A stretch of DNA of 64,000 nt from Macrostomum lignano (lineage: Eukaryota): contig NIVC01001567.1 in the NCBI GenBank assembly GCA_002269645.1, positions 1 through 64,000 of the forward strand. Direction: 5' to 3'. The notes under the pieces were generated by a model. That model saw nothing but the letters and a program-made list of their open reading frames with translations, ran no database searches and was not told the DNA's origin. This document shows positions 45,979 through 58,618 of the stretch, piece after piece. Position numbers and translations under genes: made by a program. Every line of letters begins with the position of its first letter. The stretch's first letter is position 1.

Positions 45979-47626
45979 TTAGCTCCGGTCCACCAGCAGG
46001 CACTCAGGTCGAAATGCCTCAGGCAGGCACTCGCCTAGCAGCCGTTTCACGAACTGCCCATTGTCCGATCGCACTAAGTAGATTGGGAAGTCTTCCCCGC
46101 AGAACTCGCACATGAGCTGCCGGCAGTAGCCGCAGAGGCGCGGGAATTCCCCTGACCTGCAGGGTGTTGACACGGCCAGAGCTGTGAAGCTTCGATGACC
46201 TCTGGCCACAGCTGAGCACACAGCCGTCTTCTCGGCGCAGTTCGTGTTGGGATAGGCGCAGTTCTCTACGTTGCAGCCGGGGACAATGTCTGTGCCGTTG
46301 GATAGGAGCAGGGCGGCGCCTACCTATGGGAGCAGAGTTTTTATGGCGACAATGATGCAGTATTGGCTATTGCATTGTGCTGCGGCATGTACTTTTGTGC
46401 ATTAAGTTCTGTAATTAGTTGTGCTAGTCTCCTTAATTAGGGTATTAGTCTCGTTAATTAGTGTATTAGTCTCCTTAATTAGTGTTTTAGTCTCATTATT
46501 TAGAGTATTAGTCTCCTTAATTAGTGTATTAGTGTCCTTAATTAGTGTATTAAGTCTCCTTAATTAGTGTATTAGTGTCCTTAATTAGTGTATTAAGTCT
46601 CCTTAATTAGTGTATTAGTCTCGTCAGTTAGTGTATTAGTCTCGTCAGTTAGTGTATTAGTCTCGTCAGTTAGTGTATTAGTCTTTTTAATTAGTGTGCT
46701 AGTCTCCTTAATTAGTGTTTTAATCTATTTATTTAGTGTATTAGTCTCTTTAATTAGTGTGCTAGTCTCCTTAATTAGTGTTTTAATCTATTTATTTAGT
46801 GTATTAGTCTCTTTAATTAGTGTATTAGTCACTTTAATTAGTGTGCTAGTCTTTTTAATTAGTTTATTAGTCTCTTTAATTAGTGTGCTAGTCTTTTTAA
46901 TTAGTGTATAAGTCTATCTAATTAGTTTTAGTCTATCTAATTAGTGTATTAGTCTCTTTAATTAGTGTGCTAGTCTCCTTAATTAGTGTCTTAATCTATT
47001 TATTTAGTGTATTAGTCTCTTTAATTAGTGTGCTAGTCTCCTTAATTAGTGTTTTAATCTATTTATTTAGTGTATTAGTCTCTTTAATTAGTGTGCTAGT
47101 CTTTTTAATTAGTGTATTAATCTATTTATTTAGTGTATTAGTCTCTTTAATTAGTGTGCTAGTCTCCTTAATTAGTGTTTTAATCCATTTATTTAGTGTA
47201 TTAGTCATTTTAATTATTGCATTAGTCTCTTTCATTATTGCATTAGTCTCATTAGTGTATTTAGTCTCTTTAACTAGGGCGTTAATTTCCTTAATAAGGA
47301 ATTTAGTCACACTCAGTAACTCAGTATATTTCGTTAATAAGCCACCGTATTATAGTCAGCAGGATTGTATAATGTCCAAAAAATTATAAAAAGTTTTAGT
47401 TTTCAAATAGCAAATACTCTAGACCACTAGCTAAGTTTAATTAACGTTAGTAAGCTACTTGAGTCAGTAGTATAGTCAATGCAAATTAAAACAGTTCATT
47501 ATAAGCAATTAAACACAATAAATTGTTCTCCTTGTACTTGCTGTAGGGTGCGTGGGCGTTTGAGGCCGCTACAATGGCAGCCTCCATCAGCTTCTTTGCC
47601 TGCTCCTCGTTGAGCTGCTGTGTCAT
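45979..47626 (-). CDS. CDA: Cytidine deaminase paralogue 2; exons 47626-47531 and 46323-45979 (146 aa); donor site reads GA
   Basis: MTQQLNEEQAKKLMEAAIVAASNAHAPYSKYK joins in phase 0 to VGAALLLSNG...GCNVENCAYPNTNCAEK...LCGYCRQLMCEF...LPEAFRP. Acceptor TAG is normal. Confidence 0.8.
46415..47275. repeat. AT-rich 21-bp minisatellite (GTCTCCTTAATTAGTGTATTA) filling the CDA2 intron
   Basis: Tandem units with higher-order variants. Confidence 0.93.
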
Positions 47627-47734
47627 GTCGGCTTCTGATTGCAAATTTCCGGAACAGATTATATAAGCTTTTAGACTATGGCTGCCGGTGATTGTAGATT
47701 TGAACAGGTTCTGTATAACAAGTTTTTGTATCTA

Positions 47735-48070
47735 ACAGGTTGGTTAACAGGCTGTTGTGTCTAGCAGGTTATTGTCTATCGGGTTGTTGTGTCTAACAGG
47801 TTGTTGTGTCTAACAGGTTGTTGTGTCTAACAGGCTGTTGTGTCTAACAGGTTGTTGTGTCTAACAGGCTGTTGTGTCTAACAGGCTGTTGTGTCTAACA
47901 GGCTGTTGTGTGTAACAGGTTGTTGTGTCTAACAGGTTGTTGTGTCTAACAGGTTGTTGTGTCTAACAGGTTGTTGTGTCTAACAGGTTGTTGTGTCTAA
48001 CAGGCTGTTGTGTCTAACAGGTTGTTGTGTCTAACAGGCTGTCGTGTCTAACAGGCTGTTGTGTGTAACA
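47735..48070 (+). repeat. 17-bp minisatellite GTGTCTAACAGGTTGTT
   Basis: About 18 units; shares TGTCTAACAGG with the 26-bp array. Confidence 0.95.
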
Positions 48071-48689
48071 TGGTCCGTCTAAATAAAAATTCGATGTTTC
48101 AAAATGTTTGACAGCTATGGCACACTCACATTCTGTGTGAATACAGTAATGCAATTATATATTCGAAATGTAAAACTCGGAGCCTTTGTTAGAAACCACA
48201 AATGGAAAAAATGATAAGCTATTTAAGCAAAAATAGATTTCCCAAATAAATAATTTGGCAATTATGTAAGAAGGTGCACCGGACACCCAACCGGCCGGTG
48301 TTAGATAAGGTCAGTTAAGGCCAAGGGTAGCCTGGTACCGTCTTATCAGCACCACCTGTTACTAAACTAACCTGGACGTGACACGTTTCTGTTTGTCTCG
48401 ACTGGGTTTTATCAGAAGCAGTGAACGAACATTGCTATAAATCAATTTTGCTGCATGCATTGGCCACATTAATTATGGGTTTACCAGTAATTTTAATAGC
48501 CGTGGGAAAAAATCACCCTGGCTCTCTCTGTCAGACTTCAATTGACGGCGTTTAGTTTACTTCGGATATTATAGTGGTGATTCTTTAATTACCTAATGTC
48601 TAGAAATATTCAATTCTCAATGCTCACGAACTGTACATCCTCTCTAACTGCATCTTGAATAACTCTAAATCTTTAGGAATTCTACATCT

Positions 48690-48970
48690 TCACCAACTCA
48701 TCATATTCACCAATTCATCATATTCACCAACTCTACATCTTCACAAACTTGACATCTTCACCAACTTGACATCTTCACCAACTCTATATCTTCACCAACT
48801 TGACATCTTCACCAACTTGACATCTACACCAACTCTATATCTTCACAAACTCATCATATTCACCAACTCTATATATTCACCAACTCTATATATTCACCAA
48901 CTCTATATCTTCACCAACTCTACATCTTCACCAACTTAACATATTTACCAACTCTACTTCTTCACAAACT
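48690..48970 (+). repeat. Degenerate ~17-bp repeat (CATCTTCACCAACT-like)
   Basis: Repeated TTCACCAACT motif. Confidence 0.75.
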
Positions 48971-49659
48971 GCCTTGTCTTCACTTACTCTACATTATCTC
49001 CAAGTTGAGAACACTGCAGCTATGCAAAATACAATTCATATAAACAAAAGACATTAATTTTTCATTAATTTATAATTTTTTGTTTGAACCAGTCAGCCAA
49101 CAGAAAAGACTGGTGCCTTAAACCAGCTCAACAACTAATCTATTTATTTGTAAAGAAAAACCAAAAATTGCAAAATAAAAGTTCAATATTAATTCAAATT
49201 GCAAACAAGTGCGCGCGAGTGCCTGCAGCTACAATATTTAAGCCAAAAATATAATTATTTCTTTTAAAGCCGAACCTTACGGAACACGAAATGATGAAAG
49301 AAATGAACTGTAATCAGATTCCCGCATGTACACTTGAAATTTTCATGACATGAATTTATTGTACAAAAAATCTACATCGTAGTATTATAACTTTAAATAG
49401 TGCGAACAACAACAGTCAGACACCGCACCAAAAGACACACAGCAGTAACAATAGAGGTTAATCGAAGAAAACAATGAAATAGAATTATAATAATATTGAC
49501 TTCTCTGAAAACTCTAATAAAAATACTTTTAAATATTGCATATTCTAGCTAGTACGGTTGTAAAAAAATTGTGATGGACACTTTCGAAAATCGTTTAAGA
49601 ATTTGCTCATTTCAGACAGCTCAGCTGAGAGGAATATTCATTGGATGCCAAAGGGACTC

Positions 49660-50040
49660 CTGTGTGTGTGTGTGGCTCACACTGAATACTCAGGGAGGGG
49701 ACAGTGTGTGTGTGTGGCTCCCACTGAATACTCAGGGAGGGGACAGTGTGTGTGTGTGGCTCCCACTGAATACTCAGGGAGGGGACAGTGTGTGTGTGTG
49801 TGTGGCTCCCACTGAATACTCAGGGAGGGGACAGTGTGTGTGTGTGGCTCCCACTGAATACTCAGGGAGGGGACAGTGTGTGTGTGTGGCTCCCACTGAA
49901 TACTCAGGGAGGGGACAGTGTGTGTGTGTGGCTCCCACTGAATACTCAGGGAGGGGACAGTGTGTGTGTGTGTGTGTGGCTCCCACTGAATACTCAGGGA
50001 GGGGACAGTGTGTGTGGCTTCCCCTGAATACTTAGGGAGG
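49660..50040 (+). repeat. ~42-bp minisatellite with variable (GT)n (GTGGCTCCCACTGAATACTCAGGGAGGGGACAGTGTGT)
   Basis: About eight units. Confidence 0.95.
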
Positions 50041-50379
50041 GGCTAGAAGTCTTAAGTTTTGCTACATAGCAGTGAGTCAGTGCAAACAACAGGAAACTGA
50101 AAAGAAGTTAAAGACAATCGAATTTGCAACAACCAAAGCCATTGCACAGCACAACAAACAGAACATGTCATAACCACTTCAATTTGAAATCAGCTGTTAA
50201 AATTTCTACGTTATGTTTTGCTATTTGATCAAGAAAAATAAACAAATTATAAATCTATATTATTTTGAATCACATCCATCAGAAAAATAGCCCAATCCAA
50301 AAAATGAAGAGTTATTACACAGATGACTGATAGCTAATGCATAAAATATTGCACAACTCAGTTCCCCCCAGCAACCAGT

Positions 50380-52951
50380 TCACCATTTGTTGATGCCAAA
50401 AAGCCGCACCCGATAGAACATGGGCAGTTTTGGCGCGATGGACAACACCACCAGTGACAGGGCGTTCGCGATGAAATGAATTTGGTCGTAGCGGCTGTAG
50501 AATGTGGCCAGAAGGAACCTGAGAATTAAATATCAAGATAATTAGGGTCCGATATGTATCGAAAAATAACTTTCTAGATGATGAAAACGGTACCTAGGCA
50601 GACGCAACCCCTGATTTACACCAGGCGTGCGACTTACTTGTTGACCCAAAATGGGACTTACCTAAACAAAATAACCGTAATTTTGAGTAAACGGAACAAG
50701 TAACTATGATTGTACTATCAAGGGTAAATGCCTCGTCATCTAATTAGTACTACTTGCAGATTTTTGGGTCACGGTACGAGTCGCCAAAAAGTCGTCATAG
50801 AAGCATCTGAAGAGTCTATTTGAGGTGTTTTATTGTCTGCGATTCGGAAACAACTCTGGGTCCGTAGAGTCCTATCTGAGGCGTGTCAAAGTCGCTGAAG
50901 TCTACGTCACTCTATGAATTAGAATCGCATTTTGCATTCATAACAACTCTATTTAGCCTACTAGAGTTAGTAGAATGTTAAGCGCAAAAGCAACGACTTT
51001 TAGACGATTTTTTTGCTCGTGACTCAACAGTCTCCGTTGCAGTACAGTCGTTTGAGTTGGTAAAAAGTGACAAGAGAGTCGCCCCCTGAGTCGCTAGAGT
51101 CACTACTGAGTTGGTTTGCAATCACTCTTTAGAGCGGGGGTAGGAAGGCAAACTCGCCCGCGGGCCACAAGTGGCCCTCGAAACCTGTCTATCCGGCCCT
51201 CGGGTCCTTTGAAACTGCACAATAGCAATCCGGCCCGCTCAAGGTTTGTGTCTCTGCTCAGCTCTCTCTCTCTTCTCTCCCCTCTATTCTCTCCCCTCTC
51301 CATTCTTCCCCTCTCTTCTCTTTCTCTCCTCTCCCCTCTTCTCTCTCTCCGCTCTCTCCTCTTTCTTCCCCCTCTCTTCTTTCTTTTTCTCCCCTCTCTT
51401 CTCCTTTCTTTCTCTCCCCTCTCTTCTCCTTTCTTTCTCTCCCCTCTCTTCTCCTTTCTTTCTCTCCCCTCTCTTCTCCTTTCTTTCTCTCCCCTCTATT
51501 CTCCTTTCTTTCTCTCCGATCTCTTCTCCTTTCTTTCTCTCCGATCTCTTCTCCTTTCTTTCTCTCCCCTCTCTTCTCCTTTCTTTCTCTCCGATCTCTT
51601 CTCCTTTCTTTCTCTCCCCTCTCTTCTCCTTTCTTTCTCTCCCCTCTCTTCTCCTTTCTTTCTCTCCCCTCTCTTCTCCTTTCTTTCTCTCCCCTCTCTT
51701 CTCCTTTCTTTCTCTCCCCTCTCTTCTCCTTTCTTTCTCTCCCCTCTCTTCTCCTTTCTTTCTCTCCCCTCTCTTCTCCTTTCTTTCTCTCCCCTCTCTT
51801 CTCCTTTCTTTCTCTCCCCTCTATTCTCCTTTCTTTCTCTCCGATCTCTTCTCCTTTCTTTCTCTCCGATCTCTTCTCCTTTCTTTCTCTCCCCTCTCTT
51901 CTCCTTTCTTTCTCTCCGATCTCTTCTCCTTTCTTTCTCTCCCCTCTCTTCTCCTTTCTTTCTCTCCCTCTCTTCTCCTTTCTTTCTCTCCCTCTCTTCT
52001 CCTTTCTTTCTCTCCCCTCTCTTCTCCTTTCTTTCTCTCCCCTCTCTTCTCCTTTCTTTCTCTCCCCTCTCTTCTCCTTTCTTTCTCTCCCCTCTCTTCT
52101 CCTTTCTTTCTCTCCCCTCTCTTCTCCTTTCTTTCTCTCCCCTCTCTTCTCCTTTCTTTCTCTCCCCTCTCTTCTCCTTTCTTTCTCTCCCCTCTCTTCT
52201 CCTTTCTTTCTCTCCCCTCTCTTCTCCTTTCTTTCTCTCCGATCTCTTCTCCTTTCTTTCTCTCCCCTCTCTTCTCCTTTCTTTCTCTCCCCTCTCTTCT
52301 CCTTTCTTTCTCTCCCCTCTCTTCTCCTTTCTTTCTCTCCCCTCTCTTCTCCTTTATTTCTCTCCCCTCTCTTCTCCTTTCTTTCTCTCCGATCTCCACT
52401 CTATTCTTCACTCTCTCCTCTTCTCTCCTCTTTTATTTGTTCTCTCATCCTGCCTATCTTATCTCCCCTCCCCTTTCCACTCCTATGTGGCTCACAGACA
52501 TGAGCTGAATTGACGATTTTGGCCCTGGAGGTAAATAAGTTCGCCGACCCTTGCTTTAGAGCAATTCTTGTCCCAGCAACGATTTCAGTGGGAATGAATG
52601 ACTAGTTGTCATAATTTGAACTCACACAACAGTGGGCACGACAAGCAGAAACTTCTTGTTAGCAGTGAACTGCACGCCATCGTCCAGCTGCTCCCAGTGG
52701 GTCAGGGTTCGGCTCTCGCCCTGGTCCAGCGGCTCAAATGGAGCACCCTTCTCCCAGTGCAACCATAGGTATGTGATGAAATTGTGCACCTGACAGGTGA
52801 GGGTCCAGGCTAATCCCACACTGATGAAAGGAATTGACAAAATGATGAAGTGAGCAATCAGGATGAAGATTATGTAGGTCATCCAGATGCCCCGAGAATT
52901 AAAGTAGATGTGATTAGGATTTGGGTCCGAGTGGGCTGTGCCGACTTGCAT
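50380..52951 (-). CDS. ORMDL: ORMDL sphingolipid biosynthesis regulator; exons 52951-52626 and 50518-50380 (154 aa)
   Basis: MQVGTAHSDPNPN..NSRGIW, WTLT, HWEKGAPFE, LTHWEQLDDGVQFTANKKFL and, after a phase-2 GT-AG intron, FY.RYD..HF...PKLP....VRLFGINKW. Confidence 0.96.
51135..52553 (+). mobile_element. Non-autonomous hAT (Charlie/Buster-like) element in the ORMDL intron, with 8-bp TSD
   Basis: CTTTAGAG at 51127-51134 and 52554-52561 (central TA); degenerate TIRs CGGGGGT..GGCAAACT / AGTTCGCCGACCCTTG. Confidence 0.82.
51330..52395 (+). repeat. 25-bp polypyrimidine minisatellite CTCTTCTCCTTTCTTTCTCTCCCCT inside the hAT element
   Basis: About 40 units with CCGAT variants. Confidence 0.96.
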
Positions 52952-53782
52952 GGCTTGCTTGCTTTGCTGAAAGCTAATTATTTAATTGAATAATTAATTG
53001 GACTCCTATCAAATATATAAAACTAACAATATATAACTTTTTTTAATTTACTAGCATTAGGACTTCTTAATCAACCTTAAATTTCTAAGAATATTTGTGC
53101 TTATGAAGGTGCTACACAAAGTGATTTTAGCTATTTTTGTTAGATAATAAATAATCTAACAACAAAATAAATATCTCTTTGCTAATATCCCAAGTCAAAA
53201 AGTGTATATGTCTAATCAATGTGAAATTCAAATTTGCTATATATTGTATAAGAATATATAAATTTAAATATAATATAAGTGTAGTATCTGAATATATATG
53301 CTTTAGAGTGAATAGAATAAATAAAATTTACTTAGTGATAATTATAAGACAATGCTATTAGGAGTGCCATATAAGGGACCTACAAATTAGCTGCTATTAT
53401 TAATATTATTATATTATTATTATTATTATAATTATTGATAAAAACATATGATAGACTTTAATTTAAAGTTTAAAGTCAAGATACAAAATTGCAGCAATAG
53501 TCTAACTAATAGATATTATTAGTATATTATTATATTATTAATATTATATTATATAAAATACTGAAAAACCTAGCCTATGCTTTTTGCTGATACTAAGTTT
53601 TGAAATTACATATAGAGTCTAACTTCAAGATGCTATAATACATCTCTATTGCAAAAAAGAAAAATTCTCTATTACTTTATAGTTTATATTGAACAAGATT
53701 TGCTAAAGAGATATTCTAGCCTTCGTGCTAATGTGTTATAAGGTCAGCGTTGACAGACAGAAGCTTTTCAATATGATAAATT

Positions 53783-56700
53783 ATGAGCCAACTAGTATCG
53801 TATGTCTTCTGTGTTTAAAAAGGCTTTAAAGTCACTGATATACTAGAGGCACACACGTTATCTAAGCTCGTGCTAGTAGCAGCACGGAGAGTGTCACCGT
53901 CAGGCGACAGACCGTACCAGTACCAGTCAAAAAAAGATTACGGTCAAACAACTTGAAACTTTAAGATAAGAAATAAAAACATAGAACATCGCTATGCTAT
54001 GCAATAAATCCACAAAGGCTAAATTCTAGGAACATTAGGGGCATGTTGAATTTCTAGAGGCTCAGTATAACTAGTTAAAACAAACAATACTATGGTTTTT
54101 TTATACTTACAGTCTAAATTTTTTTACAAGCATTTAAATGTAAAATTTATATAGTTAAAATATTTTAAAATATTTACTACTGTTTTTAAAAGAAGCTTTT
54201 TAGCTTTATGCGAAATTTTAGTTTGATGGAATTATCGCATTTTTGCGACGTGACTTTAATCGCAAATCTTTTATATTAAGATAAAATGCCTATCTTTTCA
54301 TCTAGTGTACGGCCTAAATGTGACCTAACAGTCACTCGATACAAAAATTTCTCGGTCCAAATCTGGTAAGTTTAATTAGAGAGCATATGGAGCATATATT
54401 TTGAGAAATTTAATATCAGCACAGAATGGACGCTTGTAAAACGGGAAGATTTTTAGATGAAATACTAATTTGTCGTTAGCGCACTTCACTTACTAATGAC
54501 AGGATCTACAAAGAAATATAAAGCAAAATTCGTTCTTATAACCATACTATTGTGGAGCACAGACTAGTTTAGCCAAAAAAATTGATGATGGCCTTAAAAT
54601 ATATTAAAGTAATTTGTTCATATAACTGTAAATTTAATCACATGTAAAATTTAAAATTCAAATAACTACAAATAATATGACAAATAATACGACTTTGAAT
54701 CTTAAAATTCATGCCATTTAAATCTCCTCAGTCAAGATAGGCTGGCTACAATTCAGTCTTTGGTACGCAACGATGAAACACTTCTGGTTGTGTGTGGAAT
54801 CGACAGTCATTTTAGCCAGGGCAGTCAGCAGTTGTTCGACTACCTTCTGTTCAATGTTAATCAAAAGAGAGCTGCTGAAATCGAACGGTACGATTCAATC
54901 TATAAGTCTCCTTTTTTAAAATAAAAAAGTACTTAATCAAATAATTGAAATGAGTTAATATTCGATTTTTGCAGGACTAAACTTGAAGACGAGCACTTTG
55001 ACGATGTGGTCCTGTCAATTAGGCGAAATCGCGTTCAAGTCTATTTGAACCCCGCGAATTATTGGTTCTACTTGCCCTACGTGGCTTGCTGGCCCAATCT
55101 AGATATTCATTGCGCCCCAGATGCACTGGTAACTGATTACTTGACTACATACTACTGCTATTAGTAGTTAATCAGTATTTATTTAATAAATTATGTTCAC
55201 TATTCCAGTTTGACGACCAAGACGCCATGGAGGAGTTGAAGATGAAATTTCTTATTCAAGCTGTTGATGGATGCAACTCTGTTTGCGTAGCCTATTACGG
55301 CAAAGGTGAGTTTGCGTCAGAAAATTGGTAGAGGATAACAATTACCTGTGTACATCATCCTAATTATCTAAGCTATAAAATTTCATTACAGATCACCTAG
55401 CAGAGTCTGCAAGCTTTTCTCCCATGCTGGTGGAGAAGTGGCCGCTAATTCAGGCTTACGCCGTGGACGGATTTGGAGTGTTAGTGTGGCAGTTTATTGA
55501 CATCGCGATGCGCGAGAGATACAGAATTAGTAGACTGTGGTTTTCAAGTTTAACAAATAGGGGGTTGTAGCCAAGTGATTAGAGCGACGGATTCACGACT
55601 GAAAAGTCGTGGGTTCGAATTTCGAACCTCTAGAATACGAGCTAATTTGTGTCCTTGAGCAAGACACTTAACTCTGCATTGCTTCAGTTCACCCAGCTGT
55701 AAAATGGGTGCCAGGATTAGCTGGGGTAATTGAGGGTTTTGTTTGGCGACCCCCCAGTCCTTGGACTGAACAGCCGTACGCAGCTTTCAGATGCGCCACG
55801 CAATAGCTGCGGCTGAGCTGGCGGTTGCACATTGGATGTTTAGTGTGAAGAATCCCTTTATAAAGACAATCAAAATCACACAGAATCCAACTGACTCAAC
55901 TCTTTCAGTGGTACATTTTTCACCTTGAAGCACCAACTTCGCGACGTTAGCAAGGATGTCTTCGGCTTGATCCAGTCGGTGGACGCTGTGGCGGTGGAGG
56001 ACCTCACTGATAAGGTAATTAAGATACCAGAACGCTATCGATCAGAGCTAAAGTTTTAATTCCGAGTAAAATTAATATTTTCATCTTTCAGCCACTAAAG
56101 CCGTTCAAGAATCAGTTCGATTCGGTGTTTCAAACGATTGACTTTCTTGCTGGACGCAGCGAGCCTCAGCTGGTCTTGGAGGAAAAATCATTGAACCAGC
56201 TGATTGAGGTGATAGTTTGAGTAATGTTGCAAACAGAAATGTTTGAAATTTGAAACTCAAAACTTTATCATTTACAGCCATTTCGATCCTATGCTCGACA
56301 TGAGATGACCGGAAAGTCTGAGCTGTCCGCTGGGTGAGAATACCCTGTAACTCCTGATGGCAGGCTGTCTGTTTTAGAAGCTGCGTGCCCTGACAGACCC
56401 CAAATTGACCCCCCCCCCTGACACACCAAACTGACCCCCCTGACAGACACCAAATTGACCCCCCCACCCTGACACACTCCAAATTGACCCCCTGACACTC
56501 CAAATTGACCCCCCTGACACATCAAATTGACCCCATTGACACACTGAATTTACCCCCCTGACACACATCAAATTGACCCCCTGACACACATCAAGTTGAC
56601 CCCCTGACACTCCAAATTGACCCCCTGACACACATCAAATTGACCCCCTGACACTCCAAATTGACCCCCCTGACACACATCAAATTGACCCCATTGACAC

Positions 56701-57252
56701 ACTGAATTGACCCCCTGACACACATCAAATTGACCCCCTGACACACTCCAACTTGACCCCATTGACACACTCCAAATTGACCCCCCCAGACACACACACG
56801 CACACTAATTGACCCCTGACCCTACCCTAATGAAAGATAATCCTTGAAACTTCATCTTTCCAATATCTACAGGTACTTACACATGTCGCCTTACCAAACT
56901 ATCATTTCTTGCAGCTTTGTCAGGGCGGGCCAGCACCCGTCCCTCCGCAGCTACCTGGCCTTCGACACTCGTCGATCCGCCATCGACCTGTTGGCAAAAA
57001 CAGCCTCCACTGAGCCGGCAGCCATCAACCGGCCTTTCGCTCCTCTGGCTGCAAATTTTGTAAGTAGAGAACCAGAAAACAGAACATAATCTCTGCACTG
57101 CACTACTCATGCTAGTAGCAATGCTAGAAAAAAACACTTACTAGGAATTTTTAATAATCAATACTCCCCAATGCAGATTATGCAATCCGAAGATCGAATC
57201 CACAGTCTGGTGTGCGCCAGAACTGGCTTCTTGCACTGGAATCTACCCGAAG
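53783..57252 (+). CDS. DNAAF9: DNAAF9/C20orf194-like gene, 5' part. Exons 53783-53799 (putative), 54732-54887, 54975-55128, 55209-55305, 55392-55479, 55909-56014, 56092-56208, 56278-56333, 56915-57059, 57177-57252; remainder not located
   Basis: All junctions are GT-AG with consistent phases. LVVCGIDSHF, FDYLLF, DDVVLSI, VYLNPANY.FYLPYVACWPNL, VEKWPLIQAYAVDG, FFTLKHQL.DVS and PFRSY match the recalled human C20orf194 N-terminus. Confidence 0.82.
55560..55845 (+). mobile_element. tRNA-derived SINE, family 1 (intronic in DNAAF9-like gene)
   Basis: GGTTGTAGCCAAGTG...GGTTCGAAT head; GTGTCCTTGAGCAAGACACTTAAC...CACCCAGCTGTAAAATGGGTGCC; tail shared with the 26.2-kb copy. Confidence 0.85.
56385..56820 (+). 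repeat. Degenerate ~20-bp minisatellite CCCCTGACACACCAAATTGA (intronic)
   Basis: About 20 variable units. Confidence 0.9.
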
Positions 57253-57279
57253 GTAAGAAATTGACAGCCTGTGGCGAAT

Positions 57280-57800
57280 GTGGCGAAATGGCGCCCTGTG
57301 GCGAAATGGCGCCCTCTCAAATAAACTGGCGCCTTCCATTTAAATGAACTTTGGCGCCCCCTCAAATGCAATGGCGCCCCCTCGAATTCAATGGCGCCCC
57401 CTCAACTGCAATGGCGCCCCCATCAAATGCAATGGCGCCACCTCAAATGAAATGGTGCCCCTCAATTGCAATGGCGCCACCTGAAATTAAATGGCGCCCC
57501 CTCAAATGCAATGGCGCCCCCTCAAATGAAATGGCGCTCCTCAATTGCAATGGCGCCACCTGAAATGAAATTGCGCCCCCTCAAATGCTATGGCGCCCCC
57601 TCAAATGAAATGGCGCCCTCAATTGCAATGGCGCCACCTGAAATGAAATGGCGCCCCCTCAAATGCGATGGCGCCCCCTCAAATGCAATGGCGCCCCTTC
57701 AAATGAAATGGCGCCCCCCCTGAAATGCAATGGCGCCCCCTTAACTGCAATGGCGCCACCTCAAATGAAATGGCGCCCCCCTCAACTGCAATGGCGCCTT
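57280..57800 (+). repeat. ~20-bp minisatellite AAATGCAATGGCGCCCCCTC
   Basis: About 24 variable units around a GGCGCC core. Confidence 0.93.
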
Positions 57801-58346
57801 TTTATTGCAACTCTAATTAGCAACAAAGAATTACGACTACAGAGCGCCTCCTCCATGGCGCCATGTCCCTCATGCTTATCCATCATCATCTTTACTGCTT
57901 TATTTATTTATGCTTTAGTTTTTTTTCAAAAATCTCCGGTAGCCAAGCCAGTGCCAGCCAGGGTCAGGCAGTCTATAAAAAATGATGCGATACCACTCTG
58001 ACTGCAGGGCAGCATCACTCAACCATTTTTTGGTTGCAAGCTAATCAGCGCCTGACTGAGGGGGGGAGCTCTCCAGTCAGTCAGCGCTTTCGACTTTTTT
58101 AGAAGTTTTTTTGACCCTGTCAGTTTTGTAAATCAGAATCGACGAGACTATGGAGCTGGGGCCGCGGGCGAGGTGATGCCACCGCCAACCAAACACTCCG
58201 CTATCGCTTCGGCTCCATCAACTGTCAGTCTCTCCCAGTTTTTTATGAAAATATACACCACACCACCCCCACTGGTGGGCGGCCATCAATCCTTATCCAA
58301 AGAAAGTCCGCTGTTGCGATTGGATCAATTAATTAATCAAGCTTTT

Positions 58347-58618
<272 letters not shown>

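Noticed and set aside
43656-47626. AID/APOBEC-like diversifier for the neighbouring variable gene family (lamprey VLR analogy)
   Set aside because: Both proteins have CAE/CxxC and the size of tetrameric free-nucleoside CDAs, not the HxE polynucleotide deaminase signature; the family variation looks recombinational, not C-to-T biased.
51116-52513. 465-aa, 420-aa and 196-aa Leu/Ser/Phe- or Glu/Arg-rich ORFs
   Set aside because: Translations of the 25-bp CT array inside an intronic hAT element.
55560-55630. Genuine tRNA genes at 26.2, 55.6, 62.0 and 63.9 kb
   Set aside because: A/B boxes are present but the acceptor stems do not pair, and each runs into a SINE body.
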